Source: an uncultured Acidimicrobiia bacterium (GTDB taxonomy: Bacteria; Actinomycetota; Acidimicrobiia; Acidimicrobiales; AC-14). From it: 64,000 nucleotides of DNA. Below are positions 49,823 to 61,992 of this stretch, piece by piece (the first letter of the stretch is position 1; each line of letters begins with the position of its first letter). Both the position numbers and the translations under genes were made by a program. The notes beneath the pieces are model-generated. The model saw only the letters and a list, made by a program, of their open reading frames with translations. It was not told the DNA's origin and made no database searches. The DNA is taken from contig CAWIIV010000015.1 of NCBI GenBank assembly GCA_963836205.1, forward strand, positions 160,001 to 224,000, written 5' to 3'.

Positions 49823-51154
49823 GTGAGCCTTCTGCCCCTGCCCGTCCGCGCTGCGGCCACCGCCACCTTCCGGTCACTGCGGGTGCGCAACTTCCGGCTC
49901 TTCTGGCTGGGCCAGATGGTGTCGGTGTCGGGCACGTGGATGCAGTCGGTGGCCCAGAACTGGCTGGTCCTGAACCTCACGGGCAGCGGCGTGGCCCTCG
50001 GGATCACGGTTGCCCTCCAGTTCCTGCCCATGCTCCTGTTCGGGATGTGGGGCGGCCTGGTGGCCGACCGCTTCGACAAGCGCCGCATCCTCGTCGTCAC
50101 CCAGGTCGTGCCGATGGCACTGGCGGTGGTGATGTTCGTGCTCGTGGCCACGGGGGAGGTCGAGCTGTGGATGGTGTACGCCCTCGCGTTCCTGCTGGGG
50201 CTGGTGTTCATGGTCGACATGCCCACCCGCCAGTCCTTCGTGGTCGAGCTGGTGGGTCCCGACGAGGTGCCCAACGCGGTCGGGCTCAACAGCGCCATGT
50301 TCAACACCGGCCGGGTGGTAGGGCCGGCGGTGGCCGGCGTGCTGATCGCCACTGTCGGGATCGCGTCCACGTTCCTCCTCAACGCCTTCTCCTACGTGGC
50401 GGTGATGGTGGCCCTGGCCGCCATGCGACCCGACGAGCTCTTCCCCCAGGCCCGGGCGGCCCGGGCCCCGGGCGCCATCCGGGCCGGGCTGCGCTACGTG
50501 TGGTCGACGCCGGTGCTGCGCTCCACCATGCTCCTGGTGGCGGTGGTCGGCACGTTCGGCATGAACTTCGGGGTGATACTGCCCCTCCTGGCCCGCTACA
50601 CCTTCGACGGTGGGGCGCCGCTGTACGGCTGGTTGACGTCGCTGATGTCGGCCGGCTCGCTGGTGGGTGCCCTCACCGCCGCCGGCCGGGTCGGACCGAC
50701 CCGCCGGATGCTGGTGGGATCGGGGGCCGCCTTCGGCGCCCTCACCCTGGTGGCGGCGGCGGCCCCGTCGGCGTGGCTGCTCGCGGCGGTGCTGGTGCTG
50801 GTGGGGGTGGCGATCATGCTCTTCCTGGCCACCGCCAACACCACCCTCCAGCTGGCCACCGACCCGGCCATGCGGGGCCGGGTGATGGCCCTCTACGGGC
50901 TCGTCTTCCTGGGCAGCACCCCGCTCGGCGGCCCCCTGCTCGGCTGGGTGTCGGGCCAGTGGGGCGGACGGTGGGGACTTGCCCTCAGCGGCGCCGTCAG
51001 CCTGGCCGCTGCCCTCCTGGCCGCCTTTCCCGCTGCCTCCCGCCGGTGGCAGGCAGGCCGGGGCCCGGTGCCCGCCACTGACCCCGGCACCGGTGTGATG
51101 GCCGGGCGGGCGGGGCCGGTGTCGGTCCCGGCGGCGCCCGATCCCAACTGGTGA
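49823..51154 (+). CDS. MFS transporter (MFS_3/H+ antiporter-like)
   Basis: RNFRLFWLGQ, GLVADRFDKRR, PTRQSF and RGRVMALY; about 12 hydrophobic segments. Confidence 0.92.
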   Translation: MSLLPLPVRAAATATFRSLRVRNFRLFWLGQMVSVSGTWMQSVAQNWLVLNLTGSGVALGITVALQFLPMLLFGMWGGLVADRFDKRRILVVTQVVPMALAVVMFVLVATGEVELWMVYALAFLLGLVFMVDMPTRQSFVVELVGPDEVPNAVGLNSAMFNTGRVVGPAVAGVLIATVGIASTFLLNAFSYVAVMVALAAMRPDELFPQARAARAPGAIRAGLRYVWSTPVLRSTMLLVAVVGTFGMNFGVILPLLARYTFDGGAPLYGWLTSLMSAGSLVGALTAAGRVGPTRRMLVGSGAAFGALTLVAAAAPSAWLLAAVLVLVGVAIMLFLATANTTLQLATDPAMRGRVMALYGLVFLGSTPLGGPLLGWVSGQWGGRWGLALSGAVSLAAALLAAFPAASRRWQAGRGPVPATDPGTGVMAGRAGPVSVPAAPDPNW

Positions 51155-51179
51155 CGCCCGTGGCCGCAGGCGCCCGGGG

Positions 51180-53108
51180 CTACGGAGGGTCGGCCACCGA
51201 GTGAAGCGACGGGTGCTCGGCGCTCGACGTCGCCGTCAACAGGAGGACCTCGAACGGCTCCAGCTCGATCTCGAGGGCCCGGCCGGCCACCACCGTCGCC
51301 GGGGGCGCGGTCGGTCCGAAGACGAGGGTGAGATCGAGGGGGTCGTCGGGGGGGCACCCGAAGACCTCGGCCGGTACCACCCGGACCGCCTGGGTTTCGG
51401 CGGCGGGGTTGCGCAGGCAGAGCACCGCCTGGCTCCGCCGGTGGCAGGCGAAGCCGTAGATCTCCCCCGCGGCCGGATCGCCGAGAACCATCCGGCTGCG
51501 GCCGAGGGCTCGCCGATGCTGGCGGGCCCAGGCCAGCGACCGGGAGAGAACGGCCCATTCCGGCTCGCTCAGCGAGGCGGGGGCGACGTAGAGGTCGTGG
51601 TGCTGGGTGCCGCGGCCCACCATGAGCCAGCAGTGGCGCTCCCAGTCGACAATGTTCTCGTCAACATCACGATAACGACAGGCCTCCGACTCCACCACGC
51701 CGAACGTCACCAGGGCCGACACCGGCACCGCGCACCGGCGATAGAGGTGGAGGCGGGCGTCGATGTAGGTGGCGAACGACTCGTGGCGGGGGCCGGGGTA
51801 GCCGGCACCGGAGTCGTCGAGGCCTCCCCGCCACAGGAAGTCGGCGGTCGTCAGCCACCACGGAGACGGGTTGGATCCACTGGTGAAGGCGATGACCACG
51901 TCGGGGTCGGCTGCCCGGGCGTCGGTGAGGAGCTGGCGGAAGCGGTCGATCTGCACGGTGCGGCCGGCGTCGCCCGGGGGATGGCCGTGGCCCGCTTCGG
52001 CGCAGGTGAAGCGCACGCCATCGAGCTTCCAGTAACGGATACCGGCCGCCGTCCAACGGGTGAGCGTCTCCCGCAGGGCGGCCCGGTAGGCGTCGCCGGC
52101 CACGCACAGCAGGCCGTGCTCGTCGACCTCGCCGCCCCGTTCCCGGGCCCAGGCCACCCGGGCCGCCTGCCGATCGCCGTAGCCGCCGAAGGGACCGACC
52201 CACAGCCCGATGCGACCCCGCCCCCCCGCCGCCTCCAGCGCCCGCAGGCCTCCCGGGAATCGGGGCGGATCGAGGTGGGCCCACAGCTCGTCGAGGTCGT
52301 CCTCCTCGGCCCACCCTCCGTCCCAGCCGTCGTCGAGGCAGAAGTGGTCGATCTCCAGCCCGTGGCGGTCACTGACATCCGCGAAGCCCACCACTTCGGC
52401 CCGCACCGTGTCCTCGCTCATCGTCCCCGGCCACCCCAGGTGGTACCAGTTGTTGGTGAGCACGACCACCCGGTCGGGATGGGGTCGGAAGCGGTCGAGG
52501 TACTCGAAGAACTCGCCCGCCCCCACCACCGACGTCGGGCTGGCGAGCGAAACTCCCTCCTCGAGGACGACGCCGTAGGAGATGGAGCAGTGGCAGCCGC
52601 CGGCCACGGCCAGGTTGACCGCCCCCGGGTGCTCGATGCCGGCGAAGAAGCCGGGCCCGTACACGGGCTGGCCCAACCCGGGCGAGCCCGCGTTTGGTGG
52701 CGGCCCGGGCTCGATCTCGCCGAAACCCTCCACCGCCACCCCCTCCCACAGCTCCAGCTCGATGCGGTCGAGCCGGCCCGACCCGGTGACGACGACGCCC
52801 TTCTGGATCAGGCCCGTCGCCGGGTAGGCGGTGACCACCACCCACAGCTTCACCGCACCGTCGGGCGTCTCCAGCATCCACGAGAGCGGCGAACCGTCCC
52901 CCGCCTTGGGTGCCTCGGTGAGCGTGAGCTCGTCGTCGACGAAGCGCACCCCGTCGACCACCACCGCCAGCTCGGGGCCCGACACGGCCACCTCGCCGTC
53001 GTCGCCCCGGATCGACACCGTGCGGACGGTGCCCTCCCTGACCCGGTAGGTGCGGGCGACTCGGCCCGCGTCGAGGACGATATCGGTCGAGGGCGCATCC
53101 TCGGTCAC
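51180..53108 (-). CDS. Glycoside hydrolase, clan GH-D-like (GH36/GH27 alpha-galactosidase or alpha-GalNAcase-like)
   Basis: NNWY, FCLDDGW, RFPGGL, GLWVGP and YWKLDG (nucleophile Asp). Confidence 0.65.
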   Translation of the reverse strand: MTEDAPSTDIVLDAGRVARTYRVREGTVRTVSIRGDDGEVAVSGPELAVVVDGVRFVDDELTLTEAPKAGDGSPLSWMLETPDGAVKLWVVVTAYPATGLIQKGVVVTGSGRLDRIELELWEGVAVEGFGEIEPGPPPNAGSPGLGQPVYGPGFFAGIEHPGAVNLAVAGGCHCSISYGVVLEEGVSLASPTSVVGAGEFFEYLDRFRPHPDRVVVLTNNWYHLGWPGTMSEDTVRAEVVGFADVSDRHGLEIDHFCLDDGWDGGWAEEDDLDELWAHLDPPRFPGGLRALEAAGGRGRIGLWVGPFGGYGDRQAARVAWARERGGEVDEHGLLCVAGDAYRAALRETLTRWTAAGIRYWKLDGVRFTCAEAGHGHPPGDAGRTVQIDRFRQLLTDARAADPDVVIAFTSGSNPSPWWLTTADFLWRGGLDDSGAGYPGPRHESFATYIDARLHLYRRCAVPVSALVTFGVVESEACRYRDVDENIVDWERHCWLMVGRGTQHHDLYVAPASLSEPEWAVLSRSLAWARQHRRALGRSRMVLGDPAAGEIYGFACHRRSQAVLCLRNPAAETQAVRVVPAEVFGCPPDDPLDLTLVFGPTAPPATVVAGRALEIELEPFEVLLLTATSSAEHPSLHSVADPP

Positions 53109-54199
53109 GCCCGGTTCGCCTCGAGGAGCTCGAACAGGCGCAGCTGGGCCCGGGCCCGCGCCAGGTTGTGGCCGGGACGGGCGATGCGGAAGTAGACGTC
53201 GCCCCGCAGATGGTCGGTGAGGAAACGCAGGGCCGCCTCGAACGCCATCAGCGGTCCGGCCAGGGGCAGGGTGGCCCGCTCGCCGTCGGAGAGCAGACCG
53301 GGCACCGCCGCCTGGTAGCCCTCCACCACCGCATGGGCGATGGCCCAGTCTACGCCGAGGCGGTCGACGTCGGTGCTGTCCTCGGGACCGGTGGCCGCGC
53401 CCGAGCGGATGAGATCTCCCACGTCGAACAGGACCGTACCCGGCGCCACCGTGTCGAGGTCGATCACGGCCCTGACCTCCCGGCCGGACTCGTCGAAGAG
53501 CAGGTTCGCGGCCTTGGCGTCGTTGTGCACCAGGCGCGGCGGCAGCAGGCCCGCGGCCCGGGCCGCGGCCAGCTCGTCGGCCACCGAGGACGCCTGGCGC
53601 ACGCCGTCGATCTCGGCTCCACATCCCGCCACCCGGTCGGTGTTGTCGGTGGCCACCGCCGCCTCGAGGTTGGCCAGCCGGCGGGAGAAGTCGTGGAAGC
53701 CGGCGATCGGTTCGACCAGGGGTGGACCGGGAAGGTCGGCCAGGCGGGCCGTCAGCCGGGCCATCGCCCCGCCTGCCGCCCGGGCCGCGGCCGGGTGCTC
53801 GAAGCGGGCCATGGTGCGGCCGGGGACGAAGCGCCACGCCCGCCACCGGCTCCCGTCGGCCCCGGCCTCCATCGCTTCCATCTCCGGCCCCGGCCCCCCG
53901 GACCGGGTCGGGACGAGCCGGGGCGCACCCCGCCCGTCGAGGTGGGCCACCACCCGGGCCACGTTGGCCGCCAGCAGGTCGGGGTCGGCGAACACGTCGG
54001 TGTTGACCCGTTGGAACACGACCTGCTCCACTCGGCCCGGTGGCCTGCGGAAGGTGACCAGGAACGTCTCGTGGATGTGGCCGCCGCCGAGGGGATCGCA
54101 GGCGAGGAGGCGTCCGTCGACCGCGAACCGGCGGGCGAGGGCGAGGGCGAGGGGATCGGACGGAGATGGACCGCGGCCGGGACGACCGGCCGCGGTCAC
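53105..54199 (-). CDS. APH-fold phosphotransferase, N-acetylhexosamine 1-kinase-like
   Basis: GGGHIHETF, FQRVNTDVF, IAGFHD, VHNDAKAANLLF, VIDLDTV and RFLTDHLRGDVYF. Confidence 0.8.
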   Translation of the reverse strand: MTAAGRPGRGPSPSDPLALALARRFAVDGRLLACDPLGGGHIHETFLVTFRRPPGRVEQVVFQRVNTDVFADPDLLAANVARVVAHLDGRGAPRLVPTRSGGPGPEMEAMEAGADGSRWRAWRFVPGRTMARFEHPAAARAAGGAMARLTARLADLPGPPLVEPIAGFHDFSRRLANLEAAVATDNTDRVAGCGAEIDGVRQASSVADELAAARAAGLLPPRLVHNDAKAANLLFDESGREVRAVIDLDTVAPGTVLFDVGDLIRSGAATGPEDSTDVDRLGVDWAIAHAVVEGYQAAVPGLLSDGERATLPLAGPLMAFEAALRFLTDHLRGDVYFRIARPGHNLARARAQLRLFELLEANRA

Positions 54200-54200
54200 G

Positions 54201-57200
54201 TCACAACAGACGGGTGATGCGAATCTCCGGCGCCGGCTTCGGCGTCCACACCGGGGGCTCGGTGGGCGGCGCCTGGACCACCGGGGCCGGGGCCGGCACG
54301 ATGACCGGCTCGGCCTCGACTTCGATCACCTGGTCGGCAGCAGACCACTCGGCGACAGGAGCGCCATCCGATCCACCGCTGGACGGAGCCGGACCCGACG
54401 GCGGGCTGAATCCGCCGCCCTGCCCGTCGAAGCCGCCGCCCAGCCCGCCGCCCGGCTGGCCGCCGCCGGGACCGTGGTCGTCGGGGCCGTGGTCGTCGGG
54501 GCCACGGTCGTCGGGACCACGGTCGTCGGGGCCCATGTCGGAGCTACCGGCCGGGCCGAGGGCCCGGGGCGCGTCGGCATCGGTGATCGACGCCCAGTCG
54601 AAGACGGGGACGGCCGTCACCGTCTCCGGCGCCGCCGCGACCGGACGCCGCCGGCCGGCACCACCGCCACCACCCGTGAACCGGGTGAACGCGCTCCCGC
54701 CTTTCGGACCACCCCGCGGACCGCGACCCGGGCCGCGGCCCGGACCTCCGCCCGGAGCCAGCGCCAGCCGCCCGCCCTCGGAGCCCCAGGTGGCGCCGAG
54801 GAGGAGAAGACCGGCCACGAGCAGGCCGAGGGCCAACCGGGCCGGGCCGCCGACATCGGAACCGGTGCGCCCGAGCGTGATCGGCGGCGCCGTGGGCTGA
54901 ACCGGCGGCGGGACCACGACCACCGGTGTGAGCGAGATGCGGGCGTCGTCGTTGGCGCTCGCCTGGGTGTTGTCGTTGTCGACGACCGTGGCGAAGACCC
55001 GGTCGACCTGGGTGGCTCCGCCCGCCCCCCGGAAGTCGACCGTGAACTGGCACTTGTAGCTCGCCCCCGGCTGGATGACGCCGCCGATGGCGCACGTGCC
55101 CCTGCCGTTGAGGTTGCCGTAGACGTCGTCGGTGAGCGACACCAGGGTCACCGGCTCGAAGCTGGTGTTGGTGACGGTGACGAAGAAGGTGAACGACCCG
55201 CCCGGTGCAGGCCGGCTGACCGGGTCGGCGTCCTTGATCACGGTGACCGTGGGCGGCACGTCGGTGAGGTCGACCCGGGCGTCGTCACGGTCGGTGGCCT
55301 GGGAGTTGTCGTCGTCGTGGCCGGAGACGGTGACGACGTCGGTCTGGGTCGCCCGGGCGTTGCCGGTGAACTGGCCGACGAAGGTGCACGTGACGCTCTG
55401 CCCCGGCTGCAACACGGTGCCGACGACGTTGAGGCAGGTGTTGCTGCTCACCTTCGAGTTGTTGGGATCGTCGAGGTTGCCGTAGATGTCGTCGGTGAGG
55501 GTGTCGATGGTGAGCGCCTCGGACGTGCTCGTGTTGGTGACGACGACGGTGAAGGTGAAGGCGCCGCCCGGCTCGGGCCGGGTCAGGGGGCTGGCGGTCT
55601 TGACGACGTCGACCGACGGCGGGACGTCGGTGATGGCAACCACCGCGTCGTCGTTGTCGGTGGCCGTCCGACCGTTGTCGTCGCGTCCGATGACGGTGAC
55701 GACGTCGGTCTGCGACCGGGGAGCCCCGGTGAACTGGCCCACGAAGGAGCACGAGAACGACGCCCCCGGCTGCAGGACGGTGCCGACTGCGTTGAGGCAG
55801 GTGTTGTTCGTGACGGCAGGGTTGTTGGCGTTGTCGAGGTCGCCGTAGATGTCGTCGGTGAGGCTGGTGATGGTGATGGGCTGGGTGCTGGTGTTGGTGA
55901 CGACGACGTTGAACGTGAACGCCCCGCCCGGCTCGGGCCGGGTCAGCGGTGTGGCGGTCTTGTCGACCCGGATGGTCGGCGTCGGCCCAGGAGTGATCGA
56001 CACGATGGCGTCGTCGACGTCGGTGGCCGTCTCACCGTCGTCGTCGACTCCCGTCGCGGTGACGATGTCGGTCTGGGTGGCGCCGGCAGTGCCGGTGAAC
56101 TGGCCGACGAAGGAGCACGAGAAGGTGCCGCCCGGCTGCAGGACGGTACCGACCGCGTCGAGGCAGGTGTTGTTGGTGACCTCGGGGTTGTTCGGGTCGT
56201 CGAGGTTGCCGTAGATGTTGTCGGTGAGGCTGGTGATGGTGATCGCCTCGGACGAGCTGGTGTTGGTGACGACCACGTTGAACGTGAACGCCCCGCCCGG
56301 CTCGGGCCGGCTCAGGGGGGTGGCTGTCTTGTCGACCCTGATGGTCGGCGGCGGCCCGGGCGTGATCGCCACGGTGGCGTCGTCGAGGTCGGAGGCGGTC
56401 TCGCCGTCGTCGTCGACTCCGGTCACGGTGACGATGTCGGTCTGGGTGTCACCGCCGCTCCCGGTGAACTGGCCCACGAAGGAGCACGTGAAGGACCCAC
56501 CCGGCTGCAGGACGGTGCCGACTGCGTCGAGGCAGGTGTTGCTGGTGACCGCGGGGTTGGCCGGGTCGTCGAGGTTGCCGTAGACGTCGTCGGTGAGGCT
56601 GGTGACGGTGATCGCCTCGACCGAGCTGGTGTTGGTGATGACGACGTTGAACGTGAACGCCCCGCCCGGCTCGGGCCGGGTCAACGGGTCAGCCGACTTG
56701 CTGACGTCGATGGCGGGCGCCACGCCGGTGATGGTGACGATGGCGTCGTCGTCGTCGGACACCTGCTCACCGGTGTCGTCGATGCCGGTGGCGGTGACCA
56801 CGTCGATCTGGGAGGCACCGCCCGTCCCGGTGAACTGGCCGACGAAGGTGCACGAGACGCTCTCGCCCGGCTGCAACAAGGTGCCGACCACGTCGAGGCA
56901 GGTGTTGTTGGTGACCAACGGGTTGGCCGGGTCGTCGAGGTTGCCGTAGACGTCGTCGGTGAGGGTGGTGATGGTGACCGGGGCCGGGCCGGTGTTGGCG
57001 ACCGAGACGTCGAAGGTGAAGGCGCCGCCCGGCTCCGGACGGGTGAGCGGCGTGGCGCCCTTCAGGACCTGGATGGCGGGAACCACGTCGGTGATGGCGA
57101 CGAGGGCCTCGTCGGAGTCGGTGACGGTGGTGTTGTCGTCGTCGACGCCGACCACGGTGGCGGTGTCGGTCTGGGCGTCGCCCCCGGTGCCGGTGAACTG

Positions 57201-60200
57201 GCCGGTGAACGAGCACGAGAAGGTGTTGCCCGGCCCCGGGCTGACTGCCAGCAACGTGCCGACTGCGTCGAGGCAGGTGTTGTTGGTGACCAACGGGTTG
57301 GCCGGGTCGTCGAGGTTGCCGTAGATGTCGTCGACCAGACTCGTGATCGTGACCGCCTCGACCGTGCTCGGGTTGGTGACGACCAGGTTGAAGGTGAAGG
57401 CGCCGCCCGGCTCCGGCCGGGTCAGCGGGGTGGCCGTCTTGTCGATGCTGATGGCCGGCGCCACTGCGGTGATAGTGACGACGGCGTCGTCGGTGTCGGT
57501 GACGCTGGTGTTGTCGTCGTCGACGCCGACCACGGTGGCGGTGTCGGTCTGGGCGTCGCCCCCGGTGCCGGTGAACTGGCCGGTGAACGAGCACGAGAAC
57601 GTGTTGCCCGGCCCGGGACTCGGCTGGAGGACGGTGCCCACCGCGTCGAGGCACGTGTTGTTGGTGACCGCCGGGTTGGCCGCGTCGTCGAGGTTGCCGT
57701 AGACGTCGTCGACCAGGCTGGTGATCGTGACCGGCTCGAGCGTGCTCGTGTTGGTGACGACGAGGTTGAAGGTGAAGGCGCCGCCCGGCTCGGGCCGGGT
57801 CAGCGGGGTGGCCACCTTGTCGATGCTGATGCCCGGCGCCACGTCGGTGAGATCGACGACGGCGTCGTCGGTGTCGGTGACGGTGGTGTTGTCGTCGTCG
57901 ACGCCGACCACGGTGGCGGTGTCGGTCTGGGAGTCACCGGAGTTGCCGGTGAACTGGCCGGTGAAGGAGCAGGAGAAGGTGTTGCCCGGCCCCGGGCTCA
58001 CCGCCAGCACCGTGCCGACGGCGTCGAGGCACGTGTTGTTGGTGACCGCGGGGTTGGCCGGGTCGTCGAGGTTGCCGTAGACGTCGTCGACCAGGCTGGT
58101 GATCGTGACCGCCTCGACCGTGCTCGGGTTGGTGATGACGAGGTTGAAGGTGAAGGCGCCGCCCGGCTCCGGCAGGGTGAGCGGGTTGGCCGTCTTCACG
58201 ATTGCGATGGCGGGCGCCACGCCGGTGAGGTTGACGACGGCGTCGTCGCTGTCGGTGACGCTGGTGCCGTCGTCGTCGACGCCGACCACGGTGGCGACGT
58301 CGGTGACGCTGTCACCGGAGTTGCCGGTGAAGTTGGCCGTGAAGGAGCAGGAGAACGTGTTGCCCGGCCCCGGGCTCGGCGCCAGCACCGTGCCGACTGC
58401 GTCGACGCAGGTGTTGCTGGTGACGTTGGGGTTTGCCGGGTCGTCGAGGTTGCCGTAGACGTCGTCGACCAGGCTGGTGACCGTGACCGCTTCCAGGGTG
58501 TCGGGGTTGGTGATGACGAGGTTGTAGGTGAAGGCGCCCCCGGGCTCCGGCAGGGTGAGCGGGGTGGCGTCCTTGACGATCTGGATCTGCGGCGGGTCGT
58601 CGGTGATGGTGACCACCGCGTCGTCGTTGTCGGTGACCACGACGCCGCCGGGGTTGGTGGCGTTCACGGTGACGACGTCGGTCTGGGCGTCGCCCGCGTT
58701 GCCGGTGAAGGGTGCGACGAACGAGCAGCTGTAGGTGTTGCCCGGACCCGGCGTGGGCTGGAGGACGGTGCCGATGGCGGTGTTGCAGGTGGAGTTGGCC
58801 CGGGTGGTGAGGTCGCCGTAGACGTCGTCGGTGAGCGACGTGATCGTGAGGACCTCGGTGCTGGTGTTGGTGACGACGACGTTGAACGTGAAGTCACCGC
58901 CCGGCTCGGGCAGGCTCAGCGGGGTGGCCGTCTTGTCGACGCTGATCGTCGGCAGGGGCGTGACCAGGGACTCCTCGTTGGGCGCTCCACACGGGCTGGT
59001 CGCCGCCGCGTAGGTGGCGTCGCCGCTGTAGACGGCGACCCAGTTGTACGTGCCCGCAGCCGTGGGCGTGAAGTTCTCGGACGTGGCCGTCGGCGGTGGG
59101 CCACCGCCCAGCGGGCGGGCCGCGCTGGTGAAGATCGGGGCACCGGTGCAGGTGGGGTTGCCCGGGCCGAAGAGGGTGAAGGTGACGGTGCCGGTGGGCG
59201 TCGGGGCGGCCGGGGGGGTGCCCGTGACGGTGGCGACGTCGTTGATCGGCTGGGTCAGCGTGACCGGCCCGGAGGCGTCGGTGACGATGTCGGCTACCGG
59301 CTGGATCACCACCGACTCCTCGTCGGGCGCGCCGCACGGGCTGGTGACCGACGCGTAGTTGGCGTCGCCGCTGTAGACCGCGACCCAGTTGTAGGTGCCG
59401 GCGCCGGGCGGGACGAAGTTGCCCGAGTTGACGGTGAAGGGCGCCGCCGCGGGCAGGGGGACGGCTGCGCTGGTGAAGATCGGAGCACCGGTGCAGGTGG
59501 GGTTGCCCGGGCCGAACAGGGTGAAGGTGACGGTGCCGGTGGGGTCGGGGGCCGGGGCCGCGCCCGCCGGTGACGGTGGCCGTGTCGGAGATGGGCTCAC
59601 CGACGTTGACCGGTGTTTGGGCGTCGGTGACGATGGTGGCCACCGCCAGGTTGACGACCGAGGCCTCGTCGGGGGCGCCACACGGGCTGGTGACCGAGGC
59701 GTAGTTGGCGTCGCCGCTGTAGACCGCGACCCAGTTGTAGGTGCCGACCGCGGTGGGCTGGAAGTCGCCCGAGTTGACGGTGAACGGCGCCACTGCGGGC
59801 AGCGGGACAGCTGCGCTGGTGAAGATGGGAGCACCGGTGCAGGTGGGGTTGCCCGGGCCGAACAGGGTGAAGGTGACGGTGCCGGTGGGGTCGGGTGCGG
59901 GGGCCGGCCCGCCGGTGACGGTGGCGTTGTCGGAGATCGGGGAGCCGATCGTGACCGGCGTCTCGGCCGAGGTCACGATGGTGGCCACCGACTGGTTGAC
60001 GACCGTGGTCTCGAGGGGCGCGCCGCACGGGCTGGTGGCCGGCGGGTAGTTGGCGTCGCCGCTGTAGACCGCGACCCACTGGTAGGTGCCGGCAGTGGTC
60101 GTGGTGAAGTTGCCCGAGTTGACGGTGAACGGCGCCACCGCCGGAAGCGGGACGGCGGCGCTGGTGAAGATGGGCGCCCCGGTGCAGGTGGGGTTGGCCG

Positions 60201-61746
60201 GGCCGAAGAGGGTGAAGGTGACCGTGCCGGTGGGTGCGGGAGCGGGGGCTGCCGCGCCGGTGACAGTGGCGGTGTCGGAGATGGTGTCGCCGACCGTGGC
60301 CGTCGGTTGGGCGTTGGTGACGATGCTGGCGATCGCCTGGATGACGACGGACGACTCGTTGGTGGCACCACACGGGCTGGTGACAGTCGTGTAGTTGGCG
60401 TCACCGCTGTAGACCGCGACCCAGTTGTAGGTGCCTGGCTCGGTGGGTGTGAAGTCGCCCGAGTTGGCCTGCGGCGGCACGCCGGCGAGCAACACGGGCG
60501 CAGGGGCGAAGATCGGGGCGCCGGCGCAGGTGGGATCGTCGTTGTCGAAGAGGGTGAAGGTGACCGTCCCCGTGGGGTCGGGCACCCCGCCGCCGACACC
60601 GGTGACGGTGGCGGTGTCGCTGATGGTGCTGCCGATGGTGACCGGGCCCTCGGCCTGGGTCTCGATGATCGGAGTGGCCTGGGCGAAGACGACGGTCTCG
60701 TCCGGCTCACCGCAGGCGGTGGCGGAGCCGACGTAGTTGGCGTCGCCCGAATACGTCGCCACCCACGAGTACGTGCCGGGTTGGGTGATCGTGGCGGAGC
60801 CGGTGGTGGAATAGTCGGTGAAGCCGGCGTTGACCGGGACGGTCTCGGTGAAGAAGATCGCGCCGACACAGGTCGGGTCGGCGGGACCGTAAAGGTCGAA
60901 CCTGATGGTTCCGGTTGGCGGCGCGCCGTTGCCCGACGACGGCGGAGACGGCGGGTCGAGGAAAGCGGTGTCGGAGGTGGTGCCCGGGATGGTGGGCCCG
61001 CTCTGGGAGGCGAGGGTGGAGAGGGCGGGTGTGGCCGGGGCAACCGTGTTGAAGGTGGCGAGGCCCTGGCGGCCCTGCGGGGTCTGGTCGACGCCGGCCG
61101 GGTTACGGGGGATCGGGGTGACGCCGGTGGCGTGGTTGGTCTGCACGCCGGGGCTGGCCTCGGCATCGAACGTGGGCACGCGCAGCGTGGTCGCGGTGAA
61201 GGTGACCGAGCACACCTCGCCGGTGGCGAGGATCAGGCTCGCCTCACCGCCGGGCGGCACGAAGCGCCACCGGGTGGCCAGGTTCGGATCGGGGTTGTCG
61301 GGAACGATCGTCCACGTGCCCTCGCACGTGGCGTTGCCCGGGGGGATCGACTGGCCGGTGCCGGTGCCGTTGACCGCCGGGCCGGGGGCGAGGTCGTAGA
61401 CGCCCGCCTCGGCCGTGCCCGCGCCGCAGTCGACGTTGGTGGTGGTGCAGGACGGGTAGAGGTCGATGGCGGCCATGCGCAGGGTGGGGAAGTTCGTCGA
61501 CTGCGGGGGCGTGGAGCCGTTCTGAATGCCCAGGCCGGCCGGGAACGTCTGGCCCACCACGGTGTCGGGGAAGTCGGCCGACACATTGGCGAAGAAGAAG
61601 GCCTGGGCGACGGGCGCCAACAGGATGGAGAACGCGACGAGAAGCGCGGCCGCGCCAGCCACGAGCTTCGTCGTCGACCCATGCCAATTCTTGCCACCAG
61701 GGGTCCGCCTGTATCCCCGAAAAGCTCCCAGTGAGCCGGTTCCCAT
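54201..61746 (-). CDS. Giant (~2500 aa) cell-surface Ig-repeat protein with a sortase-type motif (frameshift near 59564)
   Basis: GGGAGG RBS and signal peptide ending VAQA; 6 type-A repeats (ISDTATV...TGTVTFTLFGP...YNWVAVYSGDANY) and 11 type-B DUF11-like repeats (VDKTATP...PEPGGAFTF...DDVYGNL); LGRTG plus TM. Removing one G joins ORFs 58894-61809 and 54201-59834. Confidence 0.85.
54930..58955 (-). repeat. Eleven ~360-380-bp coding repeats (type-B Ig-like domains)
   Basis: gtcgtcgaggttgccgtagacgtcgtcg and ccgcccggctcgggccgggtcag recur periodically. Confidence 0.88.
58960..61040 (-). repeat. Six ~345-bp coding repeats (type-A Ig-like domains)
   Basis: gtagttggcgtcgccgctgtagaccgcgacccagttgtagg recurs with a ~345-bp period. 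Confidence 0.85.
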
Positions 61747-61992
61747 CGAGCGTTTCCTCCCCAGCTGTGCGTCTACGGTCCCGTCCGAGATTGGACGCAT
61801 CCCGAGCACGTTAGCCGTTCCCAGGACATCCGCCTACCTTCTCAGTGGCACTTTCCAAACCCGATTCTCATTTGGGCTGCCGTTGGAGGCTTCCGGGTTG
61901 GAATGGACCCCATTCCTGGGCCCTTTGCGTCGATTCCGGTCCAACAGTCGCGCCCGCTCCAACACTCCGCCGGCGAACCGAGCCAGGGCCGG

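Noticed and set aside
53340-61734. 2077-aa and 779-aa plus-strand ORFs
   Set aside because: Antisense shadows of the giant surface protein, whose minus-strand frame has a signal peptide, domain repeats and an anchor.
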